64,000 nt of DNA from a virus. Location of the stretch: positions 32,001-96,000 of the IMG/VR virus record IMGVR_UViG_3300014501_000001, one strand, 5' to 3'. The translations under genes were made by a program, and so were the position numbers. Below the pieces are notes generated by a model. It was not told the DNA's origin. It saw only the letters and a program-made list of their open reading frames with translations, and did no database searches. This document shows, piece after piece, positions 9,074 to 17,759 of this stretch (the stretch's first letter is position 1; every line of letters begins with the position of its first letter).

Positions 9074-12000
9074 GTGACTGTCCCCGAAGGCGCTGCCGCT
9101 GAGCCCATGTCCGTGTGGCACGTCCACCTGCTGCTGCCGGACCTTCCCGGCATCGAGGTAACCTCCCGGCCGCCCCGCCGCACCCCGGAAGGCGCCTACG
9201 TGTTCCGCGACTCTGCGGGCCTGCTGATGGAGGTCCCGGCGGCGGTCGTCGCCTACATCCAGCGCTCGGATAAGCCCGCATGACCGGGCAGCCGCCGGAA
9301 AGCACGCCCCTTGACCCGCTGACAGAACTCGTCAAGGGAGCCGTCCAGATCCACGAGATGTTCACGGCCTACGTGGAGGCAGGATTCACCCGCGCCGAGG
9401 CGCTCCAGCTCGTCCTCGGGGTCATGACGGCCGGGATCGGCAAGGGCAATGCCTGACGCCGCGCCGCGCCGGATAGACCCGGACACCGAGGCAGAGCGGA
9501 TCGTCAGGGAACGCGCCAGGGGGGCAATCGCCGCGTGGCCGCCCATCTGCGACGAGATAATCACCATCCAGATGCCGGATCACGGCGTCCGCCTGGTGCG
9601 GATCTGCGTGACCGCCGAGTACCCGCCGGCCCTGATCCCGGCGGACCTCGGGCAGCGGCTCGCTAACGTGGTCCGGGCATGCTGGCCGCAGGAGCCCGGC
9701 GGTGAGTGAGGCCCCTTGCAAGCACCGCTGCGAGTGGTGGCGTCCCCCGACGGGCGCCGAGGTCGATGAGGCGGAGCGTAACGGCACCTACGTGTCCGGT
9801 GCGCTTGTCTGCAATGCGTGCGGAGACTGGGCGCCGCTACCGGGCGAGCGCAGGCCGCTGGTCATGCCCGCTGATGAGTTCGCGCTGGTCAGGCGGGTCG
9901 CGGAGCAGATCGGCCTAGATCCCGCCGCGCCCATGACCCCAGCGCAGCACGAGGCGTGGCACGCCGCCATGGCCCCGGACCTCCCGGCGCTGACCATGAC
10001 CGACGAGGAAGCCGCCGAGTTCGCGGAGCGCTTCGCCGTCTACATGGCGGAAAACTCGCTCACTCACCGGGTGATCCCGCTGCCGCCGCCGCTGTCCCCG
10101 GACCAGATCCGCTCCCTCCTGCGGGAATGCGTAACGGTAGTGAAGCCCGGCGAGGTACTGGTGATCCGCGTGAGCGAGAACATGACCCCGCGCCAGTGCA
10201 GCGAGTACCAGCAGGCGGTTGATGGCTGGATCGCCCACGGGGACCTCGGCATCAAGGTGATGGTGCTGCCCGGCGAGGGCCTGGGTATCACGGAATCCGT
10301 GCCCGAGCGCGACCACGCGGCATGGCTACGGGACGTGCGCTACTTCATGAACGGGATACCGGGAGCGGTCAAGAGTGTCACGGCAACGCACCGGCCGACC
10401 GGACTGCAGGTCACGGCTCCCACGCAGGAGCAGGCGCTGACGGATCTCGCCGCGCTGCTGCAGGGCAAAGGCAAGATCACTATCAATGACGCGCGGGCCG
10501 CGATCGGCCTGCCGGCCTGGGATCCGGAGGCCGCGTCATGACCCCGGAGCAGAACGGGCAGGCCGGCATCCCGCTCGCGCAGGACCCCGAAGCCTTCGCC
10601 CGCGCCATGCAGGCCCGCTCCATGATGCCCCCCCAGCCGCAGCAGCGCTGGCAGTGCGCCCTCTGCGTGGGCCTGCGCAGGTCGTGGGAGGAAGCCAACC
10701 GGGCCGTCCTGGAAGCCGCCCAGGCAGCGATGATGGCCGCCATGGCGAACGGCGGGCCGCCCCCGGACCCCCGCGCCTTCCTCGGTGATGATCTTGTCGC
10801 CTCCATGCCGCAGGTACAGGAAGCGGTCACGATGGCCACCATCCCGAACACCGGGCCCTGCTACGTGTGCGTGGCGCATGTCCCGCTGCCCGCTGACGGG
10901 AGCCGCCGCCCGCTGCTGGCGGCGACGGCAGGACTGAACCTCGCGGCGTTCGCGGCGGGACTGGTCAAGTGAGCGCGCCGCTCCTCGCCGACGTGCGCGC
11001 GGCAGCCGCCTGCACGGGCGAGGACGTCACCGAGTGGCAGCGCGGCTACCGGGCCTGCTCGGATCGCGTGCTAGCGGTCCTGGACGCCGCATCACCGCCC
11101 GTCACGGTCTCCCTCGGCGAGGTAATGATCGTCATCCATGACGCCATCATGACCTATGCCGCCGACCAGGTAGCGAAGGCGGTCACGCCCGTGCCAAAGG
11201 GCGGCACCAGTGGGTGAGCCCTACCCCGGTACTCCCGCAAGCGGACCCCAGTTCCTCGCCCGCGAGGTCATAGCGCAGGCAAGGCAGCGGGTAGCGCCGC
11301 AGAAGCCCCTGATCCCGGCGGCGCTGATGCCCAAGCCGGATCGGCCGGAACTCACCGACGCCGACAGGCGGGCGCTGGGCGAGGCCATCCAGGCTGGCGC
11401 GCTCTGCGCGTGCTGCGCCGGCGTCCATGCCGGGACCGAGCTGGCCTGCCCTCGCGTCGCCACGTTCGAGCGTGACGGGGACGGGAAGATCAAGGCAGGC
11501 TCCTACTGGCCGGACGGAACCTGGGATACATCCCGCGTGGTATTCGCCGAGGAAGCCTCTGCTCCCGCTGTTCCCGCCGGGCAGCCGGACTACGCGAAGA
11601 TCGCGGAGCTTGAGAAGGAAACCGGGCTGGCGCCGTGACCTTCCCCGAGCAGGACGAGATTTCCTCTCTCGCTGCCGCCTCCGCTGACCCTCTGACCAGG
11701 GCACTCCTGCAACTGAGGATGATCGGCGAGGCCAAGGCACGGGGAGCATCCTGGAACCAGGTAGCCGCTACCCTCGGGGCACCGGACGGGAAAGCAGCCA
11801 AGGCAATGGCGCATAAGCTGGCGAGAACGGCGCAGCGGGCCGTGATCGCCCGCGACCTGGCGGCAGGAGGCGATGATGGCTGATGACATCGTGCACATGG
11901 CCCTCGGCGAGTCCTTCCGCTGGTCAATGTGCGGCAAGGGCGGCGGGATGACAAAGGCCGTCCTGACCACCATCCCGCAGGAGGTCACCTGCGGTAGCTG

Positions 12001-12712
12001 CATCAAGAGCAGCGACTGCCGGATGGTCAGCGAGCGGCGGCGGCGAGTGAAAGCCGAGTTGGCCGATGCCTGACGAGCCCGGCCTTCCCGCGCGCCGCAC
12101 CGAGCGCGCGGAGATGGACTCCCCGTTCCCGCCGGGTACTACCTTCGCTGATGCATTCAAGGCCCTGACCCCTCCGGGCGCTGACCCGAACGCGCTGATG
12201 GAGGCACTGAAGGCCGCGCGGCGGCCGGTGATCGCGCTCCCGGCCAGCGACGAGGACGCCCGCCACTACTCGCTGTGCCCCCGCTGCGATACGGTCCACG
12301 ACTCGCGGGTGCTCTGCGCGGATCAGCAGCAGAAGATCACCCTGGATGACCTGGACCCGGGGCGCGCGATCCGCCGCGGCGCGGCCGGCGCCCCTTCCCT
12401 GCCAGCCGATCCGTTCACCGCGGGTGACCTCCGCGCTACCGCTTTGTCCCAGTTCTGGCATGAGTCGGTAGAGGCGGGTATCCCGGTGGAATCGGTGGAC
12501 AGGATCATCGGCGTCATGCTCGCCGAGGCGCACGGAGGGAAGCAGGGATGAACGGGCCGGCTCAGCAGGTGAACCTCTCTTGCTGTGGATACCAATGTCA
12601 CCAAGGGGTGCCCGCTCCGTGGACATGTCCGGGCTGCGGGAAGCTCTGGGCGCCGCCCGCACCAGCGGGAACCCCGGCTGAGGCCGGCGATGCGTCACCG
12701 TCCCGTCACTGA
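9074..12712 (+). other. Run of about 11 small coupled hypothetical genes (9074-9283, 9280-9456, 9449-9709, 9702-10541, 10538-10972, 10969-11217, 11210-11638, 11635-11883 HTH-like, 11873-12073, 12066-12551, 12548-12712)
   Basis: Successive overlapping stop/start junctions; GC3-rich frames. Confidence 0.65.
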
Positions 12713-12795
12713 ACGGCATCATCTACGTGCGCCGCAACGGGCGCGCGGTCTGGGCTGCCGGCTGACCGAATGAGCCGAGGGGAGCAGGATTCCCC

Positions 12796-15700
12796 TTGGC
12801 ATCTCCGGCCGCCATTATCGCCGCAGCGAAAGCCGCGCGCAGTGCGCCTTCCGCAGGCCAGGGCGGCATGTCACCCGCTGTTGCCGCCATGAACGATAGC
12901 TGGGGCGGCATTTACGGGAACTTCCTTCCCCGGCCTGCCCAGGACTTCACGCAGGGCGCGTTCGGGCCGCTGACACCCCTCCCGCCGATGCCGGTCGATC
13001 AGCCGCCGCCGGGCTTTGACCGCCCGATGCCGCGACGCTGGCAACCGCCAATAGGCTGGAATTTGCCGCAGAGCCCTCCGGGTAGCGAGGGGCTGAAGCT
13101 CTGCGGCTTCGGCGAGTTGCGCACCCTGAGCCGGCTCTACAGTGTCGCCCGCGCGTGCATCCAGCTCTTGAAGTCCGAGATCCGCGCCCTGGAATGGGAC
13201 ATCGTGCCCACGAAGGACGCGGCGAAGGCCATGCGCGGCGACCACAAGGCCATGCGGGACTTCGGCGAGCGCCGGTCCGAGTGCATCCGGTTCTTCAAGA
13301 ACCCGGACCCGGAGTACGGGTCGTGGTCCTCGTGGCTGGACACGCTGCTGGAGGAAATCTACGCGATAGATGCGCTTAGCGTATTTTTGCGCCCTTCGCG
13401 TGTCCGGGGACGCGGGCTAATGGGATCGGACCTGTCAGCGCTTGAGCTGATAACAGGTGATTCGATTCGCCCGATGGTGGATCTTCATGGTTCACGCCCT
13501 ACGCCCCCATCTGTCGCTTTTCAGCAATTTTTGTATGGGGTGCCCCGCAGCGACCTCATGACCATCATGATGGGCGCCGACCTGACCGACGACCTCAAGG
13601 CCACCCAGGTCCATGAGTACCGGGGGGATCAGCTTCTGTACCTGCCTTACACAAGGCAGACGGACAGCCCCTATGGCTTCCCGCCGGCGGAGCAGGCGCT
13701 AGTCCCGGTGATGTCGGGGCTGTCCAAGCAGGGTTACCAGCTTGACTTCTTTCGTGAGGGTTCGGTACCTGCTGTATATATTTCGCCTGGGGATGCCGCT
13801 ATGACCGCATCTCAGGTGCGGGAGCTTCAGGATGCATTGAACGTTATTGCCGGAGATGTCGGGTTTAAGCATAAGGTCATAGTGCTGCCCCCCGGCAGTA
13901 AGCCGTACCCGCAGAAGGACCCGCAGCTAGCCGACCAGTTCGACATGGTCGTGTCTACCGAGGTCTGCATGGCCTATCAGGTGCAACCCACCGAACTTGG
14001 GCTAATGCCGCAAGTAGCCACCGTGCAAAGTCCGTCAAGTATGAACCAGGCAGCCAAGGCGGACGCCGCGCGCCACCAGCGCAAGTCCCTCGTCCCGATG
14101 CTCCAGTTCCTCAAGCAGGGCCTGCTGGACAAGGTCATCCAGGTTGCCTGCGGGCAGACGGACATGCAGTTCCTGTTCGAGGGCCTGGAAGAGGACGAGG
14201 ACGAGGTCTCCCTGACGGGCCTGCTGGGAACGCAGATCGGCACCGGCCTGCGGTCGGTGGACGAGGGCAGGGGCGTCCTGGGCCTGGACCCGTGGGGCCT
14301 GCCGGTCACCCAGGACCCGCTGTGGGCATCCGCGAACGGCGTCATGCTGCTGGGGTCGGTGGACCCGGCGACGGGCCAGCCGGGCGGCCAGCTGGCGGGG
14401 CTGCCGTCCGTGACGCAGCAGATGCAGGGCGCGCAGGGCGGTGCCGCAGGCTCGCCGGGCGCGAACGAGGGCCAGGTGAACGGCAAGCCCGCGCTCGCGC
14501 AGGGCCACCTGCCGGGCACCACGCATGTCCCCCCGGCTCAGCCGCAGCGGGACCCGACACCCTCGCATTCGGCGGCGATAGCGGGAGCGGCGGAAGCAGC
14601 GGCAGCGGTCTCGGGCTCGTCCTCGAAAGCGGCAACGGCAGGGCAGGACGGGCTGCACCGCTACGAGCCGTTCGTCCCCGGCGACCAGTCCGCGTGCGTG
14701 AAGTGCAGCCTGCCGCGCAGCTATGCCGCCCACGCAGTGACGGCGATCGGGTCGCGGATGATGCTGAAGGCCATCGCGGCACCCGTTGCGCCAAGGCCGC
14801 CGGATCATGTCCTCGCGGAGATCCTGACCGCCCCGGACGCTGCGTCGCTGAGCAAGGCCGCAGCAGCCGCGCTGATGCCTGCCCTGCCGGAAACCCCGGC
14901 CGTGTCGTCCAAGGCCGCGCTGAGCGAGCTGGATGCGCTGGGCAGGCACGTCCGCAAGGGCCGCGACCCCGCAACCTGGCAGCCGGTCCACATCCCCGGT
15001 CACGTCATGGCCATGATCTGCGAGGACGTGACGAAGGGCATAGCCATTGCGGAAGTGCTGACGGCGGCGGCTGACCAGATCCCAAAAGCCTCAGCCGCCA
15101 AGAGCGGCCCTAGCAGCGGTCAGCGGCGGCAGGCGTGGCTTGCCTGGGAGCATGACCTCCAGCTGGCGGCGAAGTACGAGAAGCAGATCGGGGCCGCTTT
15201 CGCGTCGGTGATGGCCGAGGCGGGCAGGCTGTTCGCCGCGTTCCTCGCCGGGACCCTCGCGGTCACTGCGGCGGTTCTGGCGTCGATGATCGCGGACCTG
15301 ATCCGGCAGCGGCTCGCGCTGATCCTGGCTCCCTTGCACGCGGAGGGCCGGGAACTGGGCGCGGCGGCGGCCATGCAGGCAGTAGGGGCGTCCGCACGGC
15401 AGCGGCAGGGGATAGCGGCGGCGCAGCAGGCGGACACGTCCCAGATCGCCCAGCAGGCCGCGGTAAGGCAGATGGCCGGCACCGGGCTCGCCGGGTTCAC
15501 CGTCGCGCTCATGAAGCTGCTCCTCGGCGGCGCGGTCACCGTTGGGGCGCTGCTGGCGCTGCTGGATGCGTTCCTTAACGCTGAGAACCGCGCCGGGCTG
15601 ATCGCCCTGACGGAGATCGAGAAGGCCATCGCGGACGGGGCCTTCGGGGTCTACACCGAGCTAGGCGTGAGTTACGTCCGCTGGCACACCCGTAACGACT

Positions 15701-17337
15701 CAAGGGTCTGCGCCCGCTGCATGGCCAACCAGGACGCCGGCCCGGTTCCGCTGGGGAGCCTGTTCCCCGGCGGGGTCGCCCAGCCGTGCCAGCATCCAGG
15801 ATGTCGTTGCTGGCTGGCTCCGAGCGATCCGCCGAAGCAGGGTGTTGCGCCTCCCGCGCCGGGGACTGCGAAGGCGGCCGGGGCTCCGCTGCTCTACCAA
15901 GGACCCGTCCATGGGGGCCCATTGAGCTACCCGCCAACCATGGATGGCGAGGCGGGACTCGAACCCGCAACCTACGGAACCCCGGCCGCAGTGCACCTTA
16001 CCAAGGCCGACAAACCCTGGAAGCACCCGGACACGTCTCTCCCTGTCGCTGAGCAGGTCTACGCGCAACTGCTGGAGGACTACCCCGCCTCGGCGCTGAC
16101 CTGGGTAAAGGACGCTACCTGGACCGGCCCGCAAGAGGTCCCGCTCAGCGCGATCGAGTACACCCCGGACAAGTGGCAGGCCGGCCACGAGGACGCCAAG
16201 GTCGATCGCTTCAAGGCCAAGATCGAGCGCCGGCAGGCGGCAGGCAAGCCGGTCAAGCCGGCCGTCCTCATCGACCGGCCGGACACGAAGCCGGGAACGC
16301 ACCTGATCGTGATCGACGGCCACCACCGCACGATGGCCTTCCATGAACTGAATCGTCCCGTCGTCGCCTACGTCGGCAAGGTCACCACAGCAGGAGCGAG
16401 TGCGGCAGAGGAAACTCACGCCTCGCAGTTCAGCGACCGGAAGCCGGGCGCGGGCGACGACGGGCGCACCATGAAGAACTTCACGGCGGCGAACCTCGGC
16501 GACGGCTCGGTGCACGGCCTCGCGCCGTATGACCTGCGGGGCCAGGACGACGGCTGCGGCTGCTGCGCGGAGTGCAGCGGCCCGTCGTGCGGCTGCTGCC
16601 CGGACTGCGATGCGGCCAAGGCGGCACGCGGCTACAGCCTGAACCCGCGCTCGGGCATGATCTCCCTGGACCTGCCGGAAGGGCTGATCGAGCCCCTGCC
16701 AGGCGGGGTCACGGATCACCATGTGACCGTGGTTTACCTCGGGCCTGACGTGGATGACGACGCATTCAGCGCCGCGTGCGGCATGGCACGCGAGGTCGCG
16801 GCGGCCACGCAGCCGCTGTCCGGGACCATCGGCGGCATCGGCTCGTTCCCTGCCGGTGATGACGGGGTTCCGGTCTGGGCCGGCGTGAACCTGCCCGGTG
16901 CCGAGACACTGCACGAGGCGCTGGCTGAACTTCAGTCACCGGACGCGAAGGCCCGCGAGCACGGCTACAAGCCGCACTGCACCATCGCGTACCTCGAAGA
17001 GGGCGACCCGCTGCCGGATCCGCTGCCCCACATGCCGGTGACATTCACTCACCTGTCGGTACATCGCGGCGAGGACGTGAAGCGGTTCTCGTTCGGTGGC
17101 GGCTCAGCGGAGAAGTCAGGCAAGACCAGCGCCGAGATCCTCCGCGAGTACTGGACCCATGAAGGGCACCCCGGCCCCACGCAGTACGCCCTGGAAGAGA
17201 AGATCCGCTGGGGCGAGAAAGACGACTGGTACCGCTGCGTGGACGAGCTAACGCCCTACATCGGCGAGGGTGCGCGTGGCTATTGCACGCTCAGGCACCA
17301 CGAGGTCCTGGGTGCCTGGCCCGGACATCCGGTCTGA
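12796..17337 (+). CDS. Portal polyprotein: portal (about aa 1-520), MuF-like head morphogenesis domain, ParB-like domain, Cys-rich segment, 2H phosphoesterase, C-terminal IRWG domain
   Basis: Position after terminase; portal motifs FFKNPD, SPYGFPP, AYQVQPTELG; MuF RVCARC...HPGCRC; ParB IDGHHR; two HxT motifs (HVTV, HCTI). Confidence 0.85.
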   Translation: MASPAAIIAAAKAARSAPSAGQGGMSPAVAAMNDSWGGIYGNFLPRPAQDFTQGAFGPLTPLPPMPVDQPPPGFDRPMPRRWQPPIGWNLPQSPPGSEGLKLCGFGELRTLSRLYSVARACIQLLKSEIRALEWDIVPTKDAAKAMRGDHKAMRDFGERRSECIRFFKNPDPEYGSWSSWLDTLLEEIYAIDALSVFLRPSRVRGRGLMGSDLSALELITGDSIRPMVDLHGSRPTPPSVAFQQFLYGVPRSDLMTIMMGADLTDDLKATQVHEYRGDQLLYLPYTRQTDSPYGFPPAEQALVPVMSGLSKQGYQLDFFREGSVPAVYISPGDAAMTASQVRELQDALNVIAGDVGFKHKVIVLPPGSKPYPQKDPQLADQFDMVVSTEVCMAYQVQPTELGLMPQVATVQSPSSMNQAAKADAARHQRKSLVPMLQFLKQGLLDKVIQVACGQTDMQFLFEGLEEDEDEVSLTGLLGTQIGTGLRSVDEGRGVLGLDPWGLPVTQDPLWASANGVMLLGSVDPATGQPGGQLAGLPSVTQQMQGAQGGAAGSPGANEGQVNGKPALAQGHLPGTTHVPPAQPQRDPTPSHSAAIAGAAEAAAAVSGSSSKAATAGQDGLHRYEPFVPGDQSACVKCSLPRSYAAHAVTAIGSRMMLKAIAAPVAPRPPDHVLAEILTAPDAASLSKAAAAALMPALPETPAVSSKAALSELDALGRHVRKGRDPATWQPVHIPGHVMAMICEDVTKGIAIAEVLTAAADQIPKASAAKSGPSSGQRRQAWLAWEHDLQLAAKYEKQIGAAFASVMAEAGRLFAAFLAGTLAVTAAVLASMIADLIRQRLALILAPLHAEGRELGAAAAMQAVGASARQRQGIAAAQQADTSQIAQQAAVRQMAGTGLAGFTVALMKLLLGGAVTVGALLALLDAFLNAENRAGLIALTEIEKAIADGAFGVYTELGVSYVRWHTRNDSRVCARCMANQDAGPVPLGSLFPGGVAQPCQHPGCRCWLAPSDPPKQGVAPPAPGTAKAAGAPLLYQGPVHGGPLSYPPTMDGEAGLEPATYGTPAAVHLTKADKPWKHPDTSLPVAEQVYAQLLEDYPASALTWVKDATWTGPQEVPLSAIEYTPDKWQAGHEDAKVDRFKAKIERRQAAGKPVKPAVLIDRPDTKPGTHLIVIDGHHRTMAFHELNRPVVAYVGKVTTAGASAAEETHASQFSDRKPGAGDDGRTMKNFTAANLGDGSVHGLAPYDLRGQDDGCGCCAECSGPSCGCCPDCDAAKAARGYSLNPRSGMISLDLPEGLIEPLPGGVTDHHVTVVYLGPDVDDDAFSAACGMAREVAAATQPLSGTIGGIGSFPAGDDGVPVWAGVNLPGAETLHEALAELQSPDAKAREHGYKPHCTIAYLEEGDPLPDPLPHMPVTFTHLSVHRGEDVKRFSFGGGSAEKSGKTSAEILREYWTHEGHPGPTQYALEEKIRWGEKDDWYRCVDELTPYIGEGARGYCTLRHHEVLGAWPGHPV
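15874..15989 (-). ncRNA. Circularly permuted anticodon-less tRNA-like RNA (YrlA/Y-RNA-like topology)
   Basis: 16-bp terminal stem, AGGUU variable loop, T-arm GCGGG-UUCGAGU-CCCGC, 7-bp acceptor stem with UCCA, U8 A9 GCUC/GAGC D-stem with GG; extended -10 directly upstream. Confidence 0.75.
15995..16003 (-). promoter_or_regulatory. Extended -10 promoter (TGG-TAAGGT) for the tRNA-like RNA
   Basis: Matches TGnTAnnnT; 5 nt before the first base of the terminal stem. Confidence 0.55.
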
Positions 17338-17356
17338 CGGCTAGGCGGGGGGTTGC

Positions 17357-17746
17357 ATCGCCTATCAGGATGCTTACCCGCAATTCACCTACCGGATGGC
17401 CGCCGGCTCGCTCCAGGAACTCGCCTGCAACTTCGTGGTCAACTCCCCGGCTACGTCCGCACCGTGGCCGATCACCGGGGCTACCTGGGAGTATTGCGTC
17501 CGGAATACGGCCACGGACACCGGCTCCCCGGTCTTCTCGATCACCACGACGGCGAACGCCTCGGGCGTCATCACGATCACGAACTCCGCATCGGTATCCC
17601 AGGCGCTCCTGTCGATCTACCCGGCAGCAACAGCGGCCCTGACGCCGGGGACCTACTTTCACTCGCTCTGGCAAAACCCCTCGACCGTCAACGCATACGC
17701 CTGGTTTTCCGGCTCGCTGATCGTGTTCGGGACGCCGCAGCCGTGA
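17357..17746 (+). CDS. Virion-associated protein; start at ATC 17357 or ATG 17396
   Basis: G-rich SD precedes ATC; the ATG at 17396 has no SD. Confidence 0.65.
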   Translation: MAYQDAYPQFTYRMAAGSLQELACNFVVNSPATSAPWPITGATWEYCVRNTATDTGSPVFSITTTANASGVITITNSASVSQALLSIYPAATAALTPGTYFHSLWQNPSTVNAYAWFSGSLIVFGTPQP

Positions 17747-17759
17747 GCGGGAGGCGGAT

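Noticed and set aside
15874-15989. Ordinary tRNA gene, attP tRNA fragment or two-piece tmRNA
   Set aside because: The halves are in reversed order with no anticodon loop. It has a full D-stem, no G3-U70 pair and no tag reading frame evident, so it does not fit tmRNA.
6962-17337. Inteins in terminase or portal
   Set aside because: No C/S-start...HN-C/S/T splice motifs or LAGLIDADG blocks seen.
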